From Flavobacteriales bacterium (GTDB lineage: Bacteria; Bacteroidota; Bacteroidia; Palsa-965): DNA of 64,000 nucleotides. How positions within the stretch are numbered: position 1 is the first letter of the stretch; every line of letters starts with the position of its first letter. The DNA is taken from assembly GCA_040377305.1 (NCBI GenBank), contig JBEIPA010000011.1, positions 117,495-181,494 on the forward strand, written 5' to 3'. A program made the translations under genes and the position numbers. Under the pieces are notes generated by a model, which was not told where the DNA came from, did no database searches, and saw only the letters and a program-made list of their open reading frames with translations. Of this stretch, positions 50,622 to 59,406 are shown piece after piece.

Positions 50622-51245
50622 CTAGTATGGTTTTATGAAATCTCTGTTCAGCGATTCTAGATATGGTGCGATAGGTCCAAGTCCCACGCTTTTTCTACGG
50701 TCATCAACGTGTTCAGGATCTTCGCATGGCGCCATGATATACTTCGTAGAGTCTGCGTTTAGTCGGGTTTGAGTTCCATAAACCTGCAACTTTCCAGTGT
50801 TGAGGTTTACGCGATCAAGAAGATATGCATACAATGCACCACTCACTTTTCCACTGTCAACGAGAGGTTTCATTGCCTTCAGAACACTGTCCTGAAATGT
50901 TGGATGTTTATCCTGATGCTGAACCAGTAACCAGAAAAGGAATGGTGCGGAACCTCCGCCTTCTTCCACTGTAGGATAACCACATTGCTTAAAAATTCGC
51001 TGTAGCTTAGGGTAATGTAAGCTATCGGTTTCAATCATTAGCAGAATCGCTTCTTTTCGTTTTGTCGAATCGTTTCGATGTTTGTGGAAAGCATTTCGGC
51101 ACGACTGATCTGCTTTCTCCATTTTTCGGAGCATCTTTCCAATTTCTTTCTTGCTCAGATTTTGTGCCGACGCGGCTGTACTCATTAGAACCAACGCGAC
51201 AATAGTAAAAACCATCAAGTGAACTTTCTTTGACACCATTCTCAA
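50622..51245 (-). CDS. DUF6624-like exported protein
   Basis: DQ..R, GYP, WLLVQH, YAYL.DR, QVYGTQ and VD.RR.SVGL motifs. Confidence 0.8.
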   Translation of the reverse strand: MRMVSKKVHLMVFTIVALVLMSTAASAQNLSKKEIGKMLRKMEKADQSCRNAFHKHRNDSTKRKEAILLMIETDSLHYPKLQRIFKQCGYPTVEEGGGSAPFLFWLLVQHQDKHPTFQDSVLKAMKPLVDSGKVSGALYAYLLDRVNLNTGKLQVYGTQTRLNADSTKYIMAPCEDPEHVDDRRKSVGLGPIAPYLESLNRDFIKPY

Positions 51246-51280
51246 ATCTAGTCAAAAACCGTTAGTGACAATTTTCGAAA

Positions 51281-51913
51281 TTATTCCAAACGCTTGAACG
51301 AAGTTCCGGTCCACAAATACTGTTCGGGTGTACACGAAACGCAGTTAGTGTAGTATCCCGAAGGTTCGGGTGGATTAACAACAAGAATTCTGCTGTCTGA
51401 TCTATATTCATATCCTCCTTGCGCGGACGGTCCGGAGTAAACGTTTCCTGTGCGTAGATCTATGATTGAGCACATTTGGCACGGTGAACCGCATCCCCAA
51501 CTTGCGAAAGCATAGTAACCCGCAAACTCGGCCGAGTCTTCTACATCATTTTTTGTACGCGTGATGTAACGCTTTCCCCATTCGCAGGTAGAGAAATTCA
51601 ACGGAGGTACTTTGCCTTTGAATTTGCCAGACACGAGGTAATTTTCGAATGTTTTCTTCGGCGAAAATTTCTTCCAGGTACTAACATAACATGAGGGGTG
51701 GAGCACCACGTATTCAGCGCCATCTGTGTAAATCGTATCGGGTTGATCCGGGATCAAGTTATCTAGTGAGTCAATGCGATCTTGAAGCTCTAAATTGGAG
51801 TCCTCAGAGGGCGCCTGAATGATTAGTCTCTCTTCTTTGTCACCAAGGTAATATCCGTAACAGAAGGCTATAAGGATGACGAAAAGTACTATTGCCCATT
51901 TCCAGGAATTCAT
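51281..51913 (-). CDS. Hypothetical membrane-anchored protein
   Basis: N-terminal TM helix; FAG.Y....WGCG..CQ...ID..TG motif. Confidence 0.78.
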   Translation of the reverse strand: MNSWKWAIVLFVILIAFCYGYYLGDKEERLIIQAPSEDSNLELQDRIDSLDNLIPDQPDTIYTDGAEYVVLHPSCYVSTWKKFSPKKTFENYLVSGKFKGKVPPLNFSTCEWGKRYITRTKNDVEDSAEFAGYYAFASWGCGSPCQMCSIIDLRTGNVYSGPSAQGGYEYRSDSRILVVNPPEPSGYYTNCVSCTPEQYLWTGTSFKRLE

Positions 51914-52033
51914 GCATTGAAGGTAAATTGAAGCGAATTCCCGGCGATTCGTAATGTACAGTTCACAATTCACTGTGAATATCCGTCCGGAAGTGCCGGA
52001 TAAGCGTTGGAATATCCACCCTAATCTTGCACC

Positions 52034-52480
52034 GTGGAATTATCCGTCTTTTCCGATGAGCATTTTATGCGGGAAGCTTTGAAAGAAGCGAAGAGAGCAT
52101 TTGAAGCCGATGAAGTTCCGGTAGGTGCTGTGATTGTGGCCAACAACCGCATCATTGCGCGTGCGCATAACCTTACGGAACGACTAACGGATGTGACTGC
52201 TCATGCAGAGATGCAGGCCATTACTGCAGCTGCAAACGCACTCGGCGGAAAATACCTGACTGATTGCACGATGTATATCACACTCGAACCTTGTGTGATG
52301 TGTGCCGGCGCTTTGCATTGGTCGCAAGTAACACGCATTGTGTTCGGTGCGTTCGATGAGAAACGCGGATATCAGCGCGTGGGAAATTTATTGCATCCGA
52401 AAACAAAAGTGGAAGGTGGATTGCTCGCCGAAGAATGTGCGGAATTGCTGAAGACATTTTTCCAGAGAAAAAGAGATTGA
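52034..52480 (+). CDS. tadA: tRNA-specific adenosine deaminase
   Basis: EVPVGAV, AHAE and TLEPCVMC motifs; FF..KR ending. Confidence 0.93.
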   Translation: MELSVFSDEHFMREALKEAKRAFEADEVPVGAVIVANNRIIARAHNLTERLTDVTAHAEMQAITAAANALGGKYLTDCTMYITLEPCVMCAGALHWSQVTRIVFGAFDEKRGYQRVGNLLHPKTKVEGGLLAEECAELLKTFFQRKRD

Positions 52481-52493
52481 TATAGCGCAAACC

Positions 52494-52528
52494 CATTTGT
52501 CAGCCTTCGGCTCCGCTAAGTCTGACAA
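52494..52528. repeat. Palindromic element, inverted copy of 40386-40420
   Basis: CATTTGTCAGCCTTCGGCTCCGCTAAGTCTGACAA. Confidence 0.75.
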
Positions 52529-52568
52529 CCCTATTACCAGAAACAATTCGGAGAAAACGAACAAACCC

Positions 52569-53741
52569 ATGAAGAAGTATCTTACAGTTTTGGTTCTTAC
52601 GTTGTGCGGAATTCTTCTGCAGGCGAAAACAATCAACATCAGCATTGAAGGCGTGATGGTGCAATCAAAGACGATTGTGATCGGAACATATCTTGGAGAA
52701 TATGTTCAGAGCAAATCGTATCACATTGATGTTGACACCACAATCAAAGGCGCGAAACGAGACGGAATTATTTCAGTCGGCAAAGCGCAAGGCATTCCGC
52801 GTATTACACCGGGAACTAAAGTGATGGTATTCCTCAATCAGTACGATCAGTGGGAATGGGTTGGAAAATCTTCAGACTTCCGTCACGATGTAATTTATCT
52901 GAGCGGTCACAGCGACTACGGGGCGTACAATGTTTACCCGGATGCAATTTCATTGGTGCAGCTCAGCGATTTCATGAAGACAGGAAAGTACTCCGGTGTC
53001 ATCGAAGGCAATCTCCGATTCTGGTCGTTCGAAAAGGAAGCATACGAAGCCACTGCAACGTATTTCGCGATCATGTACACGTACTTCAACAAGGATAGTA
53101 TTGCAACACGTTCACTCGCAGGAGGACTGAATACCGGAACATTCAATTCGAATCCGGAAGTTTATTTCGCCGGATCGCAGGTGATATTGACGTACGACAA
53201 CAATCAACATCGTCCGTTGGAAATTGGAGGATTCATTGATTCTGTGAAATCGAACGGAAGAGATTTTGTCGCCGACTTTCAGGTGTGGATGCCTTCCAAT
53301 TTATCACAGCTACAATTTGCACAATACACCGCGAAGCCTGAACTCGGGCCATTGTGTTATGATCTCAATGTAAGTGTGAACGGCAAAAGCTACTCTTACG
53401 TTTATGGCGAAGAAGAAGAGGATATCGGTTACATCACTATTGATGAGGAACAATTCGAGTGTACGCAAATGTCAATGCCGACAGATGATCAAACCGGTAT
53501 TCTGAAATTCGGAACGTGGACACGAACGGAAGTTGAAATTGTACTTGATGAAGTAACGCCTGCCATAGATTTCGATCTCGTTCGCCGACTCCCCGGAAAC
53601 AGAATGATTAATATTATGCGATTCACTCCGCTACTTGGTGAGATGTTTGTGTATGAAGATGGAGTAAGATTGAGCAGAGGGAGATGCGTGATTGATGTGG
53701 CGAAGACGCGATTTACGAAGAACCAGAGTCTCACAAACTAA
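52569..53741 (+). CDS. Hypothetical exported protein
   Basis: Signal peptide from ATG 52569 (MKKYLTVLVL); no recognisable family. Confidence 0.78.
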   Translation: MKKYLTVLVLTLCGILLQAKTINISIEGVMVQSKTIVIGTYLGEYVQSKSYHIDVDTTIKGAKRDGIISVGKAQGIPRITPGTKVMVFLNQYDQWEWVGKSSDFRHDVIYLSGHSDYGAYNVYPDAISLVQLSDFMKTGKYSGVIEGNLRFWSFEKEAYEATATYFAIMYTYFNKDSIATRSLAGGLNTGTFNSNPEVYFAGSQVILTYDNNQHRPLEIGGFIDSVKSNGRDFVADFQVWMPSNLSQLQFAQYTAKPELGPLCYDLNVSVNGKSYSYVYGEEEEDIGYITIDEEQFECTQMSMPTDDQTGILKFGTWTRTEVEIVLDEVTPAIDFDLVRRLPGNRMINIMRFTPLLGEMFVYEDGVRLSRGRCVIDVAKTRFTKNQSLTN

Positions 53742-53762
53742 AGCAGGATAGGCTTGCAGCCG

Positions 53763-53937
53763 GCTTACCAAAGGCGGCGCGGTGAAACGGCGAAGAATAT
53801 TTGTCGTTAGACGCCCAACCGGAGAAGCGGCGAATAATACTTATAACAGTTCGCCGTTACCGCCGGCTGGGTTTTGGATATTGAACCCTGAGACTTTTCG
53901 CCGAAACGCCGCGCCGCCGTGTTAAGCGTCGCAGACA
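53763..53937. repeat. Gene-less nested-IR element of the GCTTACCACGG family
   Basis: Outer arms GCTTACCAAAGGCGGCGCGGTGAAACGGCGAA and TTCGCCGAAACGCCGCGCCGCCGTGTTAAGCGTCGCAGACA; inner arms CCAACCGG..GGCGAA and TTCGCCG..CCGGCTGG. Confidence 0.78.
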
Positions 53938-53956
53938 TCCTCGATGGCATTAAATG

Positions 53957-53991
53957 AAAAAGGGCTAAGATGTTTGATCATCCTAGCCCTT
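53957..53991 (-). terminator. Intrinsic terminator
   Basis: AAAAAGGGCTAAGATG-loop-CATCCTAGCCCTT. Confidence 0.7.
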
Positions 53992-54008
53992 CTTCGCTTA
54001 AGCGTTTT

Positions 54009-55034
54009 CTATTCAACAACAATTCTCTTCGTAGTAGAACCGTGTTCGGTCTGTAATTGCACAAAGTAAATTCCTGCTGCGAGATCAGAGATGTTCATTT
54101 GAAGTGAACCGTTTCCTTGTTGTGCTGTTCCTTTGTCTTCGCTGCGAACGAGTTGACCGTCCATAGAGAATACGTTCAACAGAAGCTGCGACTGTGAAGG
54201 AAGATTGTAGTTTACATTGATCATGTCATTCGCCGGGTTCGGATAAACTCCCATTGGGAAAGAACCATCCTGCTCAGCGATGCCAACCGTTCCTGTTCCT
54301 TCAAGGAAAAGATCGTCGATGGAAAGAAGGTTATCGTCAACGGTCCAGTGAACGATTGCGATGTAGATATCCTGTCCAACGTAAGATGAAAGATCAACTG
54401 TTTGCGGACGAAGCATTCCAATCCAACGAGTTGAGTCGCCTGCATTGTCTTCAATGTAGGTCCAGTCAGCACCGTGAACGAATCCACCAGCAACCGGAGC
54501 ATACGTGTAAGATGTGAACTGATTCGGAGCAGCAGGAAGATCAAGCGACACAAATTCAGATGCTACAAACAACGTGTCGGTGAACATTGAAAAGTCGTTT
54601 GTTGAAGTTGAAACGACCACGATATAACCGTCGAGGTACCGTGGAGTTTGATACGGAGCCGATCTCCAGAAAAAATCCAGTGTAGTATCCACTACATGAA
54701 TCGTTGGCGTAACGAGCCAGTTAGCCACGTGTGTTGAACCGTCGTTCGTCCAGGAATTGCTGGTGAGGTTACCTGTATTGCCAAGAGTATCACCCTCAGC
54801 AAATGGAGTTCCCCAATACCACTCATCGGGACGCCCCGCACCGCTTGCATCCGCAAGAAGATCGTTGTCGCAGTTATACCAGTTTGTATCGCCCATTGTT
54901 CCTGAAGGGGCTCCGAGCATGAGCCATACAGAAGGATCTGTTTCGAAATTTTCGTAGATCAATGTGTCGGTTCCGGCTTGTGCGAAAATCGCAACCGGAG
55001 AAAGTGCAAGAATAGAGAGTAGAGATTTTTTCAT
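54009..55034 (-). CDS. T9SS type A cargo with cleaved-adhesin / choice-of-anchor J-like domain
   Basis: Signal peptide, NWLVTP, DLSSYVGQDIYIAIVH..IDD and VYPNP...RIVVE. Confidence 0.85.
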   Translation of the reverse strand: MKKSLLSILALSPVAIFAQAGTDTLIYENFETDPSVWLMLGAPSGTMGDTNWYNCDNDLLADASGAGRPDEWYWGTPFAEGDTLGNTGNLTSNSWTNDGSTHVANWLVTPTIHVVDTTLDFFWRSAPYQTPRYLDGYIVVVSTSTNDFSMFTDTLFVASEFVSLDLPAAPNQFTSYTYAPVAGGFVHGADWTYIEDNAGDSTRWIGMLRPQTVDLSSYVGQDIYIAIVHWTVDDNLLSIDDLFLEGTGTVGIAEQDGSFPMGVYPNPANDMINVNYNLPSQSQLLLNVFSMDGQLVRSEDKGTAQQGNGSLQMNISDLAAGIYFVQLQTEHGSTTKRIVVE

Positions 55035-55076
55035 GGGTTTGGGTTTAAATTAATATTCCTTAAAGAAAGTACTATG

Positions 55077-57023
55077 TTAGTGCCAAAGGACTTTGCGTGT
55101 GATTGCGCCCTGCGGTGTTTCGAGTACAACAAGGTACACTCCGCGTTCCGGCAATATGATCACGCCATTGAACTGATCGCCTGCTACCGGTTCTGCAACT
55201 TCTCGTCCGGTAAGATCGAAAACGCGAACAAGATCAACGTTGAAATTCTGGTATCCGTTCACAAAGATTTTTCCGTCACTGGTTGGATTCGGATAGAAAT
55301 GCAATTCCTGCTGTGCGTGTGAAAGTGAACCACCTAAATTGATGTCGTCGATTTCTGCGTCGGCAACCAACGAAGGAGCCTGATCTGCGTTGTTGTAAAA
55401 ATTGCGGAATGAATCAATTTGTGGCGTGTTGTAGGCAAACATTTCATCCAGCCAGGGGCGTGGTACTGCATGATACCAGACTTTCGCGCGAACACGAAGT
55501 GCTCCGGTGTAACCATTCATTGGCACGTGAAAGTGTACAATATCTCCACCTGTTCCTTCCGTCACTCCACTGAAGTTGAAATCAGGATCGTTGCCGATTC
55601 CATAAATCGCCATGGTGTCGATTGAAGCGTGCGCATTCATAAATCCTTTCGGCGCAATACGATTGTCTTTGATCACGGTATCTGCACGTTCGAGAACAGT
55701 AGTCGGGTTGTCGTTTACGTCACCCATTACCATTTCGTAAATCTGCACCTGATCATCAGAAGTAATCACGTTGCGGTGTGGTTCCCAGGTTGCATCGCGG
55801 TTGACAACATTTCCGTCACCATCATATTCGCCCGACCAGAAAATGGTATCGTTCTGATCATCGATTACGATGAACTCAACCCACGCAATGCGCGACGGAT
55901 ATCCCGACGGGAATTTATGCCCTGCTTTATTCGTGAGCTCAACATCGTAATATGCGGTGTCGCTGATGCGGTTGACGTACTGCAGATTCAGATCGAGCGT
56001 GTTGTGACGCAGATAACGTGCCGTGCGTGCAATTGACGTGTCGTAATTGACTGATGTTGCTGTTGCGTGAACACCAATCATATTTTGTTTCATCAGGCGA
56101 ATCATGAATTCATTGCCGCCAACCAGATGGTGTTTTCCGAAAGGTGTGCGACCATCCAGGAATGGATAATTGGTTGCAATATCGATGGTGTCGGTAATGC
56201 GTGGAATGTGACAACCCTGACACGTCGAATCAAGCGCGCTGTAAATCGAATTCTTCCACTCGTGATAAGTAGCTTGTTCGAAGAAGGAATTGCCCGTAGG
56301 ATTACCACTGAAGTCGTGTGAATGCGTAATCAGTGAGTGGCAACCGCCGCACAATTCTGACTTTGTGATGTGTTCTGAATACACAGGTACCCATCCCACG
56401 AAAAATTCCATGATTGCAGAAACAGGATCTTCATAAGGTCCGAATGCAATGCGATCGGTGAAGAACAGATTTCCGTTGAAGTTATTTCCAGCGAGTGTAT
56501 CCTTGATCTGGTGACACACTGTACAGTTTACACCATCCATTGCTATAGAGTCGCTTTCAACATCACTCAGATGATAAGGCAACTGCCCTTGTAGCTCTGC
56601 TTCGAATCGACCAGCAGGCGCGTGACATCGTGTACACGTATTCTCAATATCATCAGCAATGGCAGGATTAACCAATATCTCATGCGTAACCTTTGCTCTC
56701 CAGAATGGATCTTTCGCAGAGTTCGCCATCATGGTGCCAGCCCAATCGTCGGCAATGTTTACGTCTTCGCCGCTCTGTGTCACAAATGCAATTCCTTGCG
56801 GATCGTGTCCGTGACAACCGCCACATTTTCCGGATCCTGCAAAAATGGAATTTGTATCGGTAGGTAATGTTGCTGCGAGCTCATGCAGGCGAAGCAATTC
56901 CTCTTCGCTATGAAAAGAGCGCGCTTCGGCCGATTGCCATGTCAAAGCAGAAAATGACCATGCTACAAACAGAATTGTAACCACAGCAAAAAAAGCCTTG
57001 TGACGACGTAAAAATTGATTCAT
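55077..57023 (-). CDS. Multiheme (5 x CxxCH) cytochrome c with T9SS type A sorting domain
   Basis: CGGCH, CTRCH, CTVCH, CGGCH and CQGCH motifs; NKAGHKFPSG; C-terminal FYPNP...DLTGR...GVYLV...KVL. Confidence 0.88.
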   Translation of the reverse strand: MNQFLRRHKAFFAVVTILFVAWSFSALTWQSAEARSFHSEEELLRLHELAATLPTDTNSIFAGSGKCGGCHGHDPQGIAFVTQSGEDVNIADDWAGTMMANSAKDPFWRAKVTHEILVNPAIADDIENTCTRCHAPAGRFEAELQGQLPYHLSDVESDSIAMDGVNCTVCHQIKDTLAGNNFNGNLFFTDRIAFGPYEDPVSAIMEFFVGWVPVYSEHITKSELCGGCHSLITHSHDFSGNPTGNSFFEQATYHEWKNSIYSALDSTCQGCHIPRITDTIDIATNYPFLDGRTPFGKHHLVGGNEFMIRLMKQNMIGVHATATSVNYDTSIARTARYLRHNTLDLNLQYVNRISDTAYYDVELTNKAGHKFPSGYPSRIAWVEFIVIDDQNDTIFWSGEYDGDGNVVNRDATWEPHRNVITSDDQVQIYEMVMGDVNDNPTTVLERADTVIKDNRIAPKGFMNAHASIDTMAIYGIGNDPDFNFSGVTEGTGGDIVHFHVPMNGYTGALRVRAKVWYHAVPRPWLDEMFAYNTPQIDSFRNFYNNADQAPSLVADAEIDDINLGGSLSHAQQELHFYPNPTSDGKIFVNGYQNFNVDLVRVFDLTGREVAEPVAGDQFNGVIILPERGVYLVVLETPQGAITRKVLWH

Positions 57024-57057
57024 CAAATACGGAGTTAGGGATATAAAGGTAACAAAT

Positions 57058-57108
57058 CAGTAGGCAGTTTGGCAGTAGTTCAGTATGCAGTTTCGCAGTA
57101 GTTCAGTC
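57058..57108. repeat. Single arm of CAGT-based 7-8-nt tandem repeat
   Basis: CAGTAGG CAGTTTGG CAGTAGTT CAGTATG CAGTTTCG CAGTAGTT CAGT. Confidence 0.7.
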
Positions 57109-57378
57109 CTGACGTTTTAAGTCGGAATCCTGATCGCTTATAGTGCATCAGGGTAAGAACTCCGGCATAGAACAGCTTCACAGCAAGAGACGGGTGTAAA
57201 AGGTAGAACAGTTGAGGTCCGAAGATTGACGTCATTCTTGATGTTTCGACGAATCATCGAAAATCAAAGACTAATTTCACCTGAATTTGGACGTGTTGCC
57301 GGTACCCTGAGGAACACCTCTTTTATATTGGTTCTTAGCCTGTTAATGCCTATACTCGTGTTCTCAAAACCACTACAA

Positions 57379-59190
57379 ATGAATAAAAATCTACTTAAGA
57401 AAATTGCAGTTGCCTGCACACTTGCTGCTCCTGGCTTGTTGTCAGCACAAACGATTTCGTTTTCGGATCAGTCCTCATTGATCCAGAGTGCGAATTTTAT
57501 GAGTGGCAACGCGATCGGCGTATGCGATATGAATGGTGACAAGAAAGATGACATCGTTCGTACGAATAACTCCGATATGACCATTTGCTACCAGCAATCA
57601 AACGGAACTTTTCTCGATAGCACGTACACTTACGCTCTGAGCGCGCCTTGGGGGATGTGTGTTGGTGATATCAATAACGATGGATGGAACGACGTGCAGT
57701 GGGGTGAAGGAAATTCATCACGACTCATGGTTCGTCAGGGTTCCGGATATGTAGGCAGCAATATGTCTACCGTAACAGGCTCACCTGGAATCTTCGTTCA
57801 GGGATGCAACATGCACGACATTAACAATGACGGTAACCTCGATATGTTCATTTGCAACGACGTTGGAATGTCGCATATCTACATTGGCGATGGTAACAAT
57901 GGATGGGCTTTTAACAATTCAATTGAAATGCCTCTTGCAACTGTTCCTTCGTCTGATAACAGCGGCAACTACGCATCTGTTTGGTCCGACATCAACAACG
58001 ATGGTTACATGGATCTTATGATCACACACTGTCGCCAGGGCGTAACTAGTCCGTTTAACGACCCACGCCGTGTTGACCAGATTTTCATCAACAACGGTGA
58101 CTACACGTACACGCAAGATGTAACAAACTGGACTAACCTTCTGGACGGAGCTCAAGGCTGGAGTTCAACGTTTGGTGACATTGATAATGATGGAGACAAC
58201 GATTGTTTTGTATTGAACTACGACGTTAACAGCCACCTTTGGTTGAATGACGGTACTGGTGCTTACACAACAGACATCATGGCGACATCAGGTATCGGGA
58301 ACACGACAACAACTTTCGGAGAGAACTGCACATGGCACGATTTCGATAACGACGGATTCGTTGACCTCTTCATTACCGGAGATGATCACTACATCTATCA
58401 CAACAACGGAGACTACACATTCACACTGGTAACTGAGCCGTTTGTTTACACAACAGGTTCTGGTCCTACTCAGCGTTACATGCGCGCAGCAGCTGTTGGT
58501 GACATGAACGGAGATGGTTTCCTGGATGTTTACGGCAGCTATTGCAACACGTACAACACACCGCACTCTTCACGTTTCGATCACCTTTGGATGAACGAAT
58601 CGGTTACGAACGGCAACACAAACCATTATGTTATGTTTGATCTCGTTGGTGGTGGTATCCCGGGATTCTCAAACAAGAGTGCTATCGGAGCCGTTGTAAA
58701 ACTGTATGGTCCCTGGGGTGTTCAGCAGCGTGAAGTTCACGGCGGCGAAGCATACGGAATTCAGAACACTTTCTCGGTTCACTTCGGTCTTGGATCGGCA
58801 ACAGCTTTCGACTCAGTAATCGTTGAGTGGCCTTCTGGAATTGTTGATGCACTTACAACACTTCCTGGCGATCAGCATTACACAATCAACGAAGGTGGTC
58901 ACCCAACTTCAACTGGTAACATCAACAACCATCCTTTCCACATGGCAATGGGTCCTAATCCAATGTCGGAAACGGTAACTATCCAATTGTTCAACGCTGA
59001 GCAAGCAGGTGGACTTGACAATCTTTCAGTTCAGATTGTTGACCTGAATGGTAAAGTGGTTTACAACAACACTTCATTGAACAGCAACACAGTTGTGATC
59101 AATAATTCTGAGTTTGCAGCAGGAATGTACATCGTACAAATCCGCAATGCAGCAGGAATCGTTGAATCACAGAAGCTGATGGTTCGATAA
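57379..59190 (+). CDS. FG-GAP/VCBS repeat (CRTAC1/ASPIC-UnbV-like) protein with T9SS sorting domain
   Basis: Repeated D.NNDG..D, SAIGA.V, HFGLG, V.WPSG and GPNP...KLMVR; start at ATG 57379. Confidence 0.9.
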   Translation: MNKNLLKKIAVACTLAAPGLLSAQTISFSDQSSLIQSANFMSGNAIGVCDMNGDKKDDIVRTNNSDMTICYQQSNGTFLDSTYTYALSAPWGMCVGDINNDGWNDVQWGEGNSSRLMVRQGSGYVGSNMSTVTGSPGIFVQGCNMHDINNDGNLDMFICNDVGMSHIYIGDGNNGWAFNNSIEMPLATVPSSDNSGNYASVWSDINNDGYMDLMITHCRQGVTSPFNDPRRVDQIFINNGDYTYTQDVTNWTNLLDGAQGWSSTFGDIDNDGDNDCFVLNYDVNSHLWLNDGTGAYTTDIMATSGIGNTTTTFGENCTWHDFDNDGFVDLFITGDDHYIYHNNGDYTFTLVTEPFVYTTGSGPTQRYMRAAAVGDMNGDGFLDVYGSYCNTYNTPHSSRFDHLWMNESVTNGNTNHYVMFDLVGGGIPGFSNKSAIGAVVKLYGPWGVQQREVHGGEAYGIQNTFSVHFGLGSATAFDSVIVEWPSGIVDALTTLPGDQHYTINEGGHPTSTGNINNHPFHMAMGPNPMSETVTIQLFNAEQAGGLDNLSVQIVDLNGKVVYNNTSLNSNTVVINNSEFAAGMYIVQIRNAAGIVESQKLMVR

Positions 59191-59211
59191 ACAGAAATAA
59201 GAAATCTGAGT

Positions 59212-59244
59212 AAAGCCCCGATGCGAAAGTGTCGGGGCTTTTTT
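59212..59244 (+). terminator. Intrinsic terminator
   Basis: AAAGCCCCGA-loop-TCGGGGCTTTTTT. Confidence 0.85.
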
Positions 59245-59406
59245 ATGGTTCAAATGCTACGTGTACTCCTTTAATGCTTGCCGTTTCTGTTTTCACTGCC
59301 TGGATTGTAACACTAAGCATTGTGATCACTGTGTGAACTCACATGATTTACTGTTCCGACCAATCCAATCACAGGGTACAATTCAATAATTGTATATATT
59401 AATCAC

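Noticed and set aside
56995-57023. Twin-arginine (Tat) signal on the multiheme cytochrome
   Set aside because: FLRRHKAFF does not fit S/T-R-R-x-F-L-K, and c-type cytochromes are normally Sec substrates.
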